Assembly: GCF_001194135.2 (NCBI RefSeq)
Contig: NC_068986.1
Span: 35,261,886 to 35,302,281, forward strand
Direction: 5' to 3'
DNA: 40,396 nucleotides
Source of the DNA: Octopus bimaculoides
Lineage: Eukaryota
Within the stretch, counting starts at the first letter, position 1; each line of letters begins with the position of its first letter. The position numbers and the translations under genes are program-made. The notes under the pieces were generated by a model. It saw nothing but the letters and a program-made list of their open reading frames with translations. It was not told where the DNA came from and ran no database searches. Shown in pieces: positions 1 through 11,989 of this stretch.

Positions 1-411
1 ATATATATATATATTATATATATATGTGTGTGTGCATATATATATGTATGTATATCTGCGATGCATATATAAGCATATATATCTGTGCGCGTGTGTACAT
101 GTCAGTGTATGTTCACGCGAATATGTATGTATGCATGAATGAATGTACGTTTGTGTGTATATGTGTATGTATGTGTGTGTGTATATGTGTATGTGTGTGT
201 GTGTGTGTGTATATGTATGTATGTATGTACATATATATATATACACACATACATACATGCATACATACATACATACATATATATATATATGTATATATAA
301 AACACGTATGAAAGAAAAGGAATGGGAATAGGAAGGCGGGATATCATAGAAATAACCCTTTTTTGTGCCTTCATTTAAACAGCTATTTCCACACACACAC
401 ACACACGCACA

Positions 412-442
<31 letters not shown>

Positions 443-861
443 GCATAGATATATAAATATATGTATGTATGAATATGCATATATATACACCCAGGTATAT
501 ATATATGTATATCTGTTATTTTTATGGAGGTTGGTTTCTGTCAAAATACAGTAACTTAACTGTTTTTTCTATGACGCATCTATCGATCTGTGATGTTTGG
601 AAAAAAGAAACGCAAAAACGTAGAAATTGAAAAATAATATATTTTTCAAAGAAACAAATCTAAAAGCCACGACTATGTCATGTTATGCTACGATTTTCCT
701 GTTTGTATTCTTTCTACCTTTCTTTCATTCTTTCATGTTTTTCTTCTTTTTTTTCTTTCTTTTGTTTCTTCTTATATTATTATTATTATTATTATTGTTA
801 TTGTTATTAATCTATGTTTTCATTTGTTTGTTATTTTTTAAAATCCGGTCTTTGTTTAACA

Positions 862-958
862 GGGTGGTGGTCTATGGAACAGATGTTGATCTTGCCTGGG
901 TCTGCGAAGTATTCAAGTGCGCCCGAGGGCAAATCGAAATAACCATGTTACCACAAAC
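862..958 (+). CDS. Candidate exon of an unidentified gene; its 3' end is lost in an N gap
   Basis: Pyrimidine-rich tract ending ...tctttgtttaacAG at 861, then a GC-richer unique stretch. One frame is open up to the gap (VVVYGTDVDLAWVCEVFKCARGQIEITMLPQ); the other two stop. No homology recognised. Confidence 0.3.
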
Positions 959-1689
959 NNNNNNNNNNNNNNNNNNNNNNNNNNNNNNNNNNNNNNNNNN
1001 NNNNNNNNNNNNNNNNNNNNNNNNNNNNNNNNNNNNNNNNNNNNNNNNNNNNNNNNNNNNNNNNNNNNNNNNNNNNNNNNNNNNNNNNNNNNNNNNNNNN
1101 NNNNNNNNNNNNNNNNNNNNNNNNNNNNNNNNNNNNNNNNNNNNNNNNNNNNNNNNNNNNNNNNNNNNNNNNNNNNNNNNNNNNNNNNNNNNNNNNNNNN
1201 NNNNNNNNNNNNNNNNNNNNNNNNNNNNNNNNNNNNNNNNNNNNNNNNNNNNNNNNNNNNNNNNNNNNNNNNNNNNNNNNNNNNNNNNNNNNNNNNNNNN
1301 NNNNNNNNNNNNNNNNNNNNNNNNNNNNNNNNNNNNNNNNNNNNNNNNNNNNNNNNNNNNNNNNNNNNNNNNNNNNNNNNNNNNNNNNNNNNNNNNNNNN
1401 NNNNNNNNNNNNNNNNNNNNNNNNNNNNNNNNNNNNNNNNNNNNNNNNNNNNNNNNNNNNNNNNNNNNNNNNNNNNNNNNNNNNNNNNNNNNNNNNNNNN
1501 NNNNNNNNNNNNNNNNNNNNNNNNNNNNNNNNNNNNNNNNNNNNNNNNNNNNNNNNNNNNNNNNNNNNNNNNNNNNNNNNNNNNNNNNNNNNNNNNNNNN
1601 NNNNNNNNNNNNNNNNNNNNNNNNNNNNNNNNNNNNNNNNNNNNNNNNNNNNNNNNNNNNNNATACATATATGCATACATATTTATAAA

Positions 1690-1760
<71 letters not shown>

Positions 1761-1967
1761 ACACACAAACACATATAAAGATATAGATTACTTGATTGCT
1801 TACTTTATAATACTTTAATTATTTAAAATATTTTAACTTTGGAATCAAATAAATTGTATCTACTTGTTCATATCTCTGACGAACATACAAGATAATGTTT
1901 TAAAAAGTACTTATATTCTACATTCTAAATGCACTGAATTATTTTCAGAGTTGTTGACCTAATAATG

Positions 1968-2037
<70 letters not shown>

Positions 2038-2348
2038 CCTATCTGTCTATCTGTCTATCTGTCTGTCTGTCAGTCAGTCAATCTGTCTGTCTGTCTGTAA
2101 GTCCATACATACATAATGAATATTCATACATGGATATATATATATATATATATATCGAAACGCCGGAGTTTTAATGGTGGCAGCTGATGAAGGGGATGTT
2201 TCTATGTGGCCTGCTTGTTTGTTGCACCTTGTTTACCATTTTTGTCCTTGTTCTTTTGTCACGTCATGTACCCAGTTATGTATCTATATGTACATGTGGA
2301 TGAACGTATATACATACATGTACATATATATGCATATACTCATATATT

Positions 2349-2384
<36 letters not shown>

Positions 2385-2431
2385 GAACATACTACATGCA
2401 TACATACATATATACATACATACATACATAC

Positions 2432-2782
2432 ACATACCTGTAATTATTGGGGCACTGGGATATGTAACCCACTGCATAAATATCAATCTTGAGAAATTAC
2501 GCTTCTCAAAACCAGAAAGGAGAAAGCTGATTCAAAGACGAGTTTTACACTGGAACTGTAAAAATCTGTAAAACTTCACAGAAGTTTATCATTTAAGCAT
2601 ATATGAGCATGTCTTGACATACAACTGTATGCATACATAAAACAAAACATACAGATCTGCACATATACATACATAAAAAATACCCTGTTGATGTTGAAAT
2701 TCCAATGAAGGAGCCTTGGATCTAGGTTAGAAACCGGCTCTTTCTCTATTGGTAAAAAATCTTGAAATAAAACTGAATAATG
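2432..2782 (+). mobile_element. 3' fragment of an R4/Dong-like non-LTR retrotransposon (restriction-like endonuclease class)
   Basis: Reads IPVIIGALGYVTHCININLEKLRFSKPERRKLI, then after a frameshift TVKICKTSQKFII*. This matches the PxxIGALG C-terminal motif of RLE-type LINE ORFs. A putative 3' UTR follows. Confidence 0.65.
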
Positions 2783-3202
2783 TCATACATACATACATAC
2801 ATGCATACATACATACATACATACATACATACATGCATAACATACATACATAAGTACACACATATATGCATGCATCTGTGTCTGGGATACGTACATTCCG
2901 TATATTTGTAAATGTATACACGCATGTACGTATAAGTGCATTTATATATGTATGAATGAATGAAAGTGTGTAATGTGCACGCATGTGTGTATACACATGT
3001 GCCTCATTATCGTTAAACAATACTCAGATTTGTTCCAGTTACAAATTAGGTTGCATAGGGGAAGCCAGAAACTAAGAGCGCTGATGCTTTCTTTGTTACC
3101 AAACATCGCTAATGGAGAAGGCACGATGATCAAAGCATTTCTGCTGCGACTAAACCACTCTTTCTTTCTCCTCTTTTCACATTTAATGTGTCTACAAACT
3201 AG

Positions 3203-3315
3203 ATCAAACTGCTTGGGGTGTAATTTGCCAGAGATTTAGTAGCTCTTACTTCAAGTGGGTCAAGCGACCACGTTTACGATTTTCTGTTGGCTACGATTCC
3301 TTGATTGCAGCAGCG
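3203..3315 (+). CDS. Candidate internal exon (113 nt, phase 1 to 0) of an unidentified gene
   Basis: Upstream polypyrimidine tract (ctctttctttctcctcttttcac) with AG at 3201-3202, and a strong donor GCG|GTGAGT at 3316. One open frame: xQTAWGVICQRFSSSYFKWVKRPRLRFSVGYDSLIAAA. Confidence 0.35.
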
Positions 3316-3494
3316 GTGAGTGCAGCGTGGAATTAATGTTATATATTATGCTTCATTTACGTACATACCTAAGTCATTTACAAAGTCGTTACAATCATTA
3401 CATTGACTGCCGCCATGCTTTTATGTCTTCGTTCATTGTAATCAGAGTTAATATAACACTGAAGACGTTAAGTAATTATTTATAATCTTATACA

Positions 3495-3715
3495 TAAATG
3501 GCAATTTGTCTGTCTACCTGTCAGCCTGATATCATCTTGATGTCTACACCAGTCAACCAATCTTGACGAAACTTTGCATATATGTTAAATTAACATCTAG
3601 TTGAATTATAGGCTAATTGAATTTCAATAAAAGTCTATGGGCCCTCAGAGAGGGGGCGCACGTTCCCGGTATTACTGGTTAATTCATTTATTTTACTCGG
3701 TTGGGCTAATGTTTG
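3495..3715 (+). mobile_element. Degenerate Helentron-associated (HINE/DINE-like) non-autonomous element
   Basis: Short (GTCT) run followed by ccaatcttgacgaaactttgc, resembling the modular core of HINE-type elements, with a GC-rich quasi-palindromic end near 3640-3680. Confidence 0.3.
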
Positions 3716-4039
3716 ATAAAATGAGAAGGGTGCAAGAGTATTAGTGTGAGGTGTAATGTAGTGTCGTAGTGAGTGTGGCTGATATCAGGGAAGGGGAGAA
3801 CAAAGTTGTGTATGCGACATATATGGAGTTGCAGTGGGATGATAGCGTTAATACAGCTGTCATTCAGGGATATACATGCGACGCTGCATACATACTTCCC
3901 TAAATACATAGATGCACACGCACACACACACATACATACACAATGCACACACAAACATGCACATACACACAAATAATTTTTAAAACGCCGAGGAAGGGAA
4001 AGAAAGGTGAGTTTAAGGAATACGTAGCTTTAATGAGAG

Positions 4040-4764
4040 AGGGGGTAAGTTGACATGATGTCATCTTCACAGTTTGAGATAACTTGGCTTTCATAATACC
4101 TGGGGACATCACATAAATTATAGGCAAACCACCAGTCGTTCTGGGTGTTGGAACTGGTTCTGGCGGTTCTTTTCGTCTTAATGAACCAGATCATCCCCAG
4201 CTCAACAGGATGTTTCAGTTTGCTTATAAGCTTCATTATCTTCGTCAAGTGGTTCTCCTTAGCCTTGACTGTCAGAATTTATTCCTTGTACCTCTTGTAC
4301 CACTGGTAGTGAGGGTCACCATTCGGACCCAAATTCATGGTGACGACTCCAACACTCATTTCTCTCGTCAGAGCCTGGATTCCCTTGCATGAATCTTCAA
4401 TCATCTTGTCCTGCAGTTGTTCGATGAATTCCGTTGTGCAAACACAATCAAAACACATGCTGGTTACGGTTTCGTAGTCTCCGTTGCAGCTGTCCGTGTC
4501 CCGTCTTACAGCCTTTTTCAGTGTTTACAGGAAATTAAGTAGCGGTCATGATGCCGGCATTTTGATACTCGGCGCAAAACATCATGATACTTGTAACTCT
4601 TTCCTATATTCGGATAGGTTCCAGTACTTCATGGCAGCTAACTTTTTCTATTTTATAGCTTTACTTTTTATGCGCCAATGCCGTTGACTGTTCACCAATG
4701 CGTCATCAAATTGTTTCTACAAAAAAGGACATAAAAAATCGTCAAATTTAACCCGAACACCCTG
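4040..4764 (-). mobile_element. Decayed Tc1/mariner element of maT (DD37D)-like type, truncated at the 3' side
   Basis: Minus strand reads TTEFIEQLQDKMIEDSCKGIQALTREM...KE*ILTVKAKENHLTKIMKLISKLKHPVELGMIWF...QNDWWFAYNLCDVPR, matching the LLNKLKHP..GMLWFFSDE and NDRW..DVP motifs of maT/rosa-type transposases; an in-frame stop is present. A TIR-like end CAGGGTGTTCGGGTTAAATTTGACG starts at 4764. Confidence 0.7.
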
Positions 4765-4770
4765 TGCACT

Positions 4771-4783
4771 TAATAATAATAAT

Positions 4784-4821
<38 letters not shown>

Positions 4822-4874
4822 TAATAATAATAATAATAATAATAATGATAATAATAATAATAATAATAATAATC
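4771..4874. repeat. (AAT)n microsatellite
   Basis: Direct reading. Confidence 0.95.
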
Positions 4875-5029
4875 CATGGATGGAATTTATAAATATTTTA
4901 ATGCATCGCTTTGCGCGTTTCCAAAGATCTCGTGTTTCTTACGATCATAGACCGTATTCCTGAGATGGTTACAGTACAGTCCGTAGTATCCATGGACATT
5001 GGGTAGATTAGATTCATGTGTTCATTTCC

Positions 5030-5772
5030 CCAGGTGATGTGGCATTAATGTCGAAAGCAGCGTTAAACTTCAGAAGTCTGCTGCAGAAACACGAGAATGC
5101 TTCGGCGAGCTTACGGTGACGAAGCAATGGGTCGTACGCAATGTTTCGAGTGGTACGGGCGTTTCAAAGGGAAAGAACGTCCTTGGAAGATGATGAGAAA
5201 TCTGGATGACCTGTCACGAGCGTTACCCCTGGAAATGTGGTATAGTGCATCGAGAATTTTTCTCCCCGTGCCAGACCGTCAATTGAAACTTCTGCTGCGA
5301 CGTTTTGAAGCGTTTGATGGGGGGACACTCAGCGAAAGCGACCGGATCTGTGGAGGGCGAAGAATTGGATTTTGCACAACGACAATGTACCTTGTCACCG
5401 AGCGCTCATCACTCACGAATTTCTCGCTAAAAACAACATGGTATCATCTCGGCACACGCCCTTTTCGCCAAATTTAGCACTTGCGGACATCCATCTCTTC
5501 CCCATGATGAAACTGCAGCTCAAAGGTCGCCGTTTTAACACCGTCGTCGAGATCCAGAGCAAATGGCAAAAAGTTCTCGACTCGCTTACGGAAAAGGACT
5601 TTCAGGCTGGATTCCAAAAGCGGCAGGTATGCTGGGACTGGTGTATTTCTGCGCATGGCGACAATTTCGAAGATGATGTTAAAACTTAGTTAAATAAGTT
5701 GTTTCTTTTTTCATATTAAACATAACTAGACCGGCAATCTTTTGATAACAGCAATCTTTTGATACCAGCTCG
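5030..5772 (+). mobile_element. Internally deleted, frameshifted mariner (DD34D) element
   Basis: N-terminal HTH region MLRRAYGDEAMGRTQCFEWYGRFK and GRTSLEDDEKSG*P is joined at about 5240 to GIVHREF...KRPDLWRAKNWILHNDNVPCHRA...HTPFSPNLALAD...KGRRFNTVVEIQ...WDWCISAHGDNFED. There are 34 residues between the last two catalytic Asp. The right end ...cttttgataccagctcg|TA at 5772 resembles a mariner TIR plus TA. Confidence 0.9.
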
Positions 5773-5774
5773 TA

Positions 5775-5821
<47 letters not shown>

Positions 5822-6319
5822 GTGTATATACATATACATATACATATATGCATTATACATATATATATCTATACATACATACATACATACATACATACAT
5901 GCATGTGTGTCTATATGGTTGTGTTTGACAGCAGGCGTTGGTTTGTTTGCTTCCTCGTAACTAACAGTTTAGCAAAAGGAGAATAGATGGCGCGAGTACT
6001 TGACTTAGAGAGAAGTATCAGAGCTTGATTTGAACGAGTAAACCTTCTAGCATAACGACAGTCCAGTGACTGCATTGAGTACAAGTGTGTGTGTGCATAT
6101 GCATACATATATACATGTGTGTTTACACGTGCATTCACACACACACACACACATATACATACATATATTATACATACTTGTATATATAAATACGTGTGTG
6201 CGTTATTTATCCCCATTATGTTAGAAGAAATAAGCAATTCAAATAAATATTGCCGTGATCTCTAACAATCGTAAAACGAAAATCCCCTTAAATCCGTGGA
6301 TAAATATGGCAAAATGGAC

Positions 6320-6543
6320 AACAACAGTAACTGTTACAACAACAACAACAACAAAAAGAACAACACCAACTGTAACATCAATGACAACAACATCAGCAAT
6401 ACCACCATCAGCACCGCCATCGCCGCTATAACTACCGCCAAAAACTGCACCATCGAAGAACAGCAATAACAAGAACAACGTTTACAGCAGTTTCACTTTT
6501 ATTTTCGTTGTTATATTTGTAGCTGTTGTTGTTGTATTGTTGA

Positions 6544-6604
<61 letters not shown>

Positions 6605-6620
6605 TTATTATTATTGTTGT
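6320..6620. repeat. Compound (ACA/ACC)n-like low-complexity tract followed by (TTA)n
   Basis: Direct reading. Confidence 0.85.
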
Positions 6621-6937
6621 CTTATCAGACATGACTAGGTTCAAATGAAACTACTCGGAATATTTTTATTACTCCCATAAATATTTATCACTGAAATATT
6701 ACTGATAGTGTGGCGGCGGAATATTTATTTTCTAGTGAAATAAATAAAGCACCATTTGGAAATATGAAGGCAAAGATATAGCAGACGATCACCGAATATG
6801 GCACACCCATAGAGTTTAGCTCACCGTATCTCTGACATCATGTTGGGTGCTTAGTCAAGATTGTTGATAGCCAATACCAAAAATATTCAGGATAATCACA
6901 AGGAAATCCTGTACCATATTCTTCGCTATTTGCTATT

Positions 6938-7020
6938 ATTTCTTCTTCTTCTTCTTCTTCTTCTTCTTCTTCTTCTTCTTCTTCTTCTTCTCCTCCTCCT
7001 CCTCCTCCTCCTCCTCGTCC
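6938..7020. repeat. (CTT)n-(CTC)n microsatellite abutting a gap
   Basis: Direct reading. Confidence 0.95.
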
Positions 7021-7748
7021 TAATCCCNNNNNNNNNNNNNNNNNNNNNNNNNNNNNNNNNNNNNNNNNNNNNNNNNNNNNNNNNNNNNNNNNNNNNNNNN
7101 NNNNNNNNNNNNNNNNNNNNNNNNNNNNNNNNNNNNNNNNNNNNNNNNNNNNNNNNNNNNNNNNNNNNNNNNNNNNNNNNNNNNNNNNNNNNNNNNNNNN
7201 NNNNNNNNNNNNNNNNNNNNNNNNNNNNNNNNNNNNNNNNNNNNNNNNNNNNNNNNNNNNNNNNNNNNNNNNNNNNNNNNNNNNNNNNNNNNNNNNNNNN
7301 NNNNNNNNNNNNNNNNNNNNNNNNNNNNNNNNNNNNNNNNNNNNNNNNNNNNNNNNNNNNNNNNNNNNNNNNNNNNNNNNNNNNNNNNNNNNNNNNNNNN
7401 NNNNNNNNNNNNNNNNNNNNNNNNNNNNNNNNNNNNNNNNNNNNNNNNNNNNNNNNNNNNNNNNNNNNNNNNNNNNNNNNNNNNNNNNNNNNNNNNNNNN
7501 NNNNNNNNNNNNNNNNNNNNNNNNNNNNNNNNNNNNNNNNNNNNNNNNNNNNNNNNNNNNNNNNNNNNNNNNNNNNNNNNNNNNNNNNNNNNNNNNNNNN
7601 NNNNNNNNNNNNNNNNNNNNNNNNNNNNNNNNNNNNNNNNNNNNNNNNNNNNNNNNNNNNNNNNNNNNNNNNNNNNNNNNNNNNNNNNNNNNNNNNNNNN
7701 NNNNNNNNNNNNNNNNNNNNNNNNNNNNNNNNNNNNNNNNNNNNNNNN

Positions 7749-7926
7749 CTTAGCGGTATTTCGTCCGCCGCTATGTCATGAGTTCAAATTCTGCCGATGT
7801 CGACTTTGCCTTTCATCCTTTCGGGATCGATAAATTGAGTACCAGTTGCGTACTGGGGTCGATCTAATCGACTGGCCCCCCTCCCTCAAAATTTCGGGCC
7901 ATGTACCTAGAGTAGAAAAGAATATT
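7749..7926 (+). mobile_element. SINE family A copy; 5' end lost in the gap
   Basis: B-box-like gagttcaaattc; shares gtcgactttgcctttcatcctttcgggg...gtactggggtcgatctaatcgactggcccc...gagtagaaaag with the copies at 7937 and 10369. Confidence 0.85.
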
Positions 7927-7936
7927 AGCTACTCCA

Positions 7937-8157
7937 AAGGCAGCGAGTTGGCAGAAACGTTAGCACGCCGGGCGAAATGCTTAGCAGTATGTCGTCTGTC
8001 TTTACGTTCTGAGTCCAAATTCCTCCGAGGTCGACTTTGCCTTTCATTCTTTCGGGGTCGATAAATTAAGTACCAGTTGCGTACTGGGGTCGATCAAATC
8101 GACTGGTCCCCCTACCCCAAAATTTCGGGCCTTGTGCCTAGAGTAGAAAAGATTATT
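7937..8157 (+). mobile_element. SINE family A full-length copy, head-to-tail with the previous copy
   Basis: Head ggcagcgagttggcagaaacgttagcacgccgggcgaaatgc; body closely similar to 7749-7926 and 10369-10609. Confidence 0.9.
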
Positions 8158-8199
8158 TAGAGCTAAGAATATGTTACGCATGACTGTTTTGATGAGAAA

Positions 8200-9456
8200 A
8201 TGATTAAGAGTGTTTTTGCAAGAATTTCAGGACTATTAACATTTTCGGGAATTCAATTTTGCATTTCAAAGGTTCAGAGTCTGAATGTTTATTCTCAAAT
8301 TACTAGTCCAATATTTATTTTTAATTCAGTTCTAATTTATTTTTTAAGTTGTTCGACATCATTTAATAATAAATTAAATTGTCGTTCACGCAAAGTCCTG
8401 ATGGCTTTCAAATTAACAGTCTTTATCTCTTAGTGCATAACAGAAATCTTTAAAGCTTAGTTTTGTACACAGTATCTCCTTATATGTAATACAGTGGAAA
8501 GAAACAAGAGAATGCTCAACAAGTTCTGTATATTGCTCTCCAAAATCAATATTCCAATATTCTGACCTAACATATTAGGGGTAACATCAATCGCGAACGA
8601 AATTATTTTAAACAAATCTTTCAAAAAAATAACCACCATATCCTGGAATGTCTGGAAGCAAATGTTTTAATTTAACTCGTTTGGAAAAGAATCTCCGTGA
8701 AAATATTTTGCAATAATAACTAATCGAACTGATAATTTAATATCCGTTGTCCCATCAACAGAATTACGGAACCGTTACAAGTTTTTAAGTATTCTTGAAT
8801 TTGATTTCCTATGTTAGCCTTCATTTGCATAACTGTCATCGTTAACAACATTTCTGCTTATTGCTAACTCATTCACACACTCCAATAATGTCTCTATTAT
8901 GAAAAATCTTCAAATAAAAATAGTGGACACTTAAAACCGGTTCTTTAATAAACTCAGTATACGTCACCCAGAGCTTGGCCCCAGAAAAACTTCGCGATAC
9001 AACTGCTTTTTTTTATATCTTAATTGATTCTATCTTCTTCAGCATTATTCCGAAAAAAATCACTGAAGAAAAATGTCCATAGCCCTCAAACAGTACCTGA
9101 ACAAATTCCTTCAAGAAATGCCAGACAAACAAACCATTGACACACGAGCACATCTCGGTAGACAACACCTTACTAAATAGGACAATGATGTCATAAAACA
9201 TGATTTAAAAGACTATTCCAGGCGGTGCTTTACAATTAGACATGGCCTGGAGCAAAAATGGTCAAAACTTAAGTTAACAAGACATTGCGTTTTATTTTAT
9301 GTAAGTTAATTAAATATTATTATTAGAAATAGTACAAAAATAATTATAAAAATATTTTGTATATTGTAGAAGTATAACCTATCTATTGGAGATAAATTTC
9401 AACAAAATCTTATAGGGATCCACAAGGGCCATATGGTCCCCCGTTTAGAACCGTTG
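8200..9456 (-). mobile_element. Decayed hAT transposon (Charlie/SPIN/GTF2IRD2-like transposase remnant) with one terminus
   Basis: Minus-strand blocks SFAIDVTPNMLGQNIG (cf. TDGAPxMxG), LVSFHCITYKEILCTK (cf. FHCIIHQEALCAK), IKTVNLKAIRTLRERQF and LLDGTTDI; many stops and shifts. The terminus ...cccgtttagaaccgttg at 9456 resembles a hAT TIR. Confidence 0.7.
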
Positions 9457-10368
9457 TCTTAGAGCGAGCCATTCTGAGAAAAAAAAAACCCTATTCTACT
9501 CCAGCCTCTTGAAAATGGTCGTGATTGGCTACGAAGTAATTAAAGTGAAAAAGCTTAAGATGAAATTGAAATCGTGATGGTAAACTACTGTATGCCCGTA
9601 TACCCCTTGTACAACATCCTTCATCATCAATCGAAATTTCATGTGCTAGCAACGGTAGTACGCCCTGATTTTTGTTTTGGTCCTTTAAATAGTAAATTAT
9701 AAAATTAATTACAAATAACGTTAATTAATATGAAATCAACAACGACTGTAACAGCAAATGATATTTGCATTTTTGTTTTATCCTTCTCTTGCTCCCCCCT
9801 TTTCTCCCCACAGTTCTTTCCTTCCTCTCTCTCTTTCCCTCTTTCTCTATCTACTTCCGCCCGATTCAATGTACACCTGAATTAAGCTCATCTGAAAATA
9901 ATTAAATAATTTCCTTAATTTTCAGTGCATTCCTACATAAACACATTCACACACATAAACGCACGCCTATCTACTTACATACACACTCGTAAACACACGT
10001 CTGAATGAATAACTATGCATATACACACATACACACTTACCCTCTACATCAACGTACATATACAAATACATACCTACAACCTCAAATCCCTAACGTACTG
10101 AAATATATTTTTACCTGAGGCTTATCATAACAGTGTCTTTAGGGGAAATTCGTTATCAAATTTGGGTATTTTCGGGTTCCATCCGTCTGCCATCAATTGC
10201 TTCAGAAATTTTCCGCCAGATTGCTCGTCTACCACATCGTGTACTGTTAGCGTTCTCTCCGCCCCATATTCTATCAGCTCTGGTGCATCCGAAGCTTCTG
10301 TTATATCTCCTACAAAAGGTGTTGCAGCCGTCACCATCTTTAATTGTTATTATAATGACTTATTCGTT

Positions 10369-10609
10369 AAGGCGGCGAGCTGGCAGAAACGTTAGCCCGG
10401 GCGAAATGCTTTGTGGTATTTCGTCTGTCTTTACGTTCTGAATTTAAATTCTGCCGAGGTCAACTTTGTCTTTCATCCTTTCGGGTCGATATATTAAGTA
10501 TCAGTTGCGTACTGCGGTCGATTAGATTGATCGACGATAGATCGAGATCGATCTAATCGACTGGCCCCTTCCCCTAAAATTTCGGGCCTTGTGCCACGAG
10601 TAGAAAAGA
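10369..10609 (+). mobile_element. SINE family A copy with a perfect 17-bp target-site duplication
   Basis: ATAATGACTTATTCGTT at 10352-10368 and at 10610-10626 flanks the element. Confidence 0.92.
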
Positions 10610-10689
10610 ATAATGACTTATTCGTTGCCACATTTAGTAACACACCATACTATGTTATGTAAATGATTTCACTCTTTAATCGATTTCAA

Positions 10690-10935
10690 TGATAGTCATG
10701 GAATGTAAAGGTGGTTGTGCGGGCCGTGTTTGTAATGCAGTGTGCGTGTCGTCTGCAGTGGGAACACAGACAGTTTTCTCTATGGATGTCTTTTTTAGTC
10801 TACCCACTGATATAGCGTCTTTACGTCCATTACGGTCTATAGTGAAAATTTTTTCCGTGCGTGAAAGAAAATGGAAAGGACCTGCATACGGTGCTGTTAA
10901 CGGAGGTTTAACGACATCGTTGCGCACAAAAACAT
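10690..10935 (-). mobile_element. Gypsy/Ty3 LTR retrotransposon pol fragment (region C-terminal to the integrase core)
   Basis: RNDVVKPPLTAPYAGPFHFLSRTEKIFTIDRNGRKDAISVGRLKK matches the ..PL.PPY.GP..V..R..K.F.I...G....VSIDRLKP motif. Confidence 0.8.
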
Positions 10936-11339
10936 GAGTCCAAGAAGTAAAGCCTCTTTCAGGGCAGAGCTAGAAATGTAAATGTTTTAAGAGGTTTTAA
11001 ACAAGAGCGATATTTTCAAAATTGGTGAAACTAAAAAGTGTCGAAGATAAATTAAATTTATTATTTGTTCTGAATATGTTAAGGTTATTTAATTTCTGAA
11101 TGGTTTTGCTGCCGTTATTTTGTGTAGTTTAGTTTCTTTATCCATCAGTTTCTACTAAGATAGAGACGCGAGTAAAATTAATAATAGAGAAACGAAAATA
11201 AAACTTTGGAAACAGCAAAGCCGCTATAAACTACGTGGAAACCATGAGCGTGCTTTCAAGGGAGATAATCAGAGAAAGACTTGAAAGTCAACGTAAGATC
11301 GTAATACTTCATGTAAAGTAAAGTAAATATAACAAATAA

Positions 11340-11520
11340 TCTATAATCCTTGTCGGTACTGGATCGATCTCAAAATCTAATCAGTTTGTGCCAGTCACGA
11401 GACCAAACATCCCTGAAAGTTTCATCTGAATCCATTTAGTTCTTGAGATATCTTGTCCACGGACAAACAAACAAACATGACTGAAAACAATACCTCCGCC
11501 TTCACTAAGGCGGAGGTAAC
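11340..11520 (+). mobile_element. 3' part of a Helentron-associated (HINE/DINE-like) element with a terminal hairpin
   Basis: gagatatcttgtccacggac(aaac)n module, then a perfect 12-bp stem TACCTCCGCCTT-cact-AAGGCGGAGGTA at 11491-11518. Confidence 0.55.
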
Positions 11521-11989
11521 AACTGGGAAGAATGAGTGTGCTCCTGGTAGTTTGATGACAATACTGAACTCGGAAATATTCTTAGAATATATTTTCCCAA
11601 ATACAGAATCCTATAAGGATTATTACAACGAAATCTTCCTCACCATTTCCGTGTCGTCTGCATAAGTGGTTTTGTGATAAATTTCGTCTTCTGAGCCGAG
11701 ATCACTAACTTGGTTTCGTTTAACGGTCGAACGATTTATTCTTCACTTTCGTCACTGAGTACCTGTGTGAAAAGCAATTATAAAAGTTAGTTTTACACGT
11801 TCCTCATTCGTAAAATTTATAGGGTTTGCGTTGCTGGCCAAAATTTATAGGGTCTGATTTATTAGTCCCTGTTTTATTAATTAATTTACTTAAACCTTCT
11901 CGGGTCTGGGCTGCTACGATCCTGAATTACTATTAAGCTTATGCGAGACAAAATTAACTTCTAAAGTTAATAAGTTTCTGGTCAAAATT

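Noticed and set aside
2155-2200. GAAAC...CTGATGA in type II hammerhead order
   Set aside because: Helices I and II cannot be formed.
2438-2555. Apparent minus-strand exon with good acceptor (tttttacAG) and donor (CAG|GTATGT)
   Set aside because: All three frames from that acceptor stop, and the + strand is explained by an RLE-type LINE C-terminus.
7749-8157. Direct repeats with conserved blocks as a possible CRISPR-like array
   Set aside because: The units are whole SINE copies of about 215 bp with no unique spacers, there are no cas genes, and the context is eukaryotic.
8156-8163. ATTTAGAG resembling TCTTAGAG at 9457-9464 as a hAT TSD pair
   Set aside because: Only 6/8 identity and no TIR follows on the left; the element's other end is probably lost.
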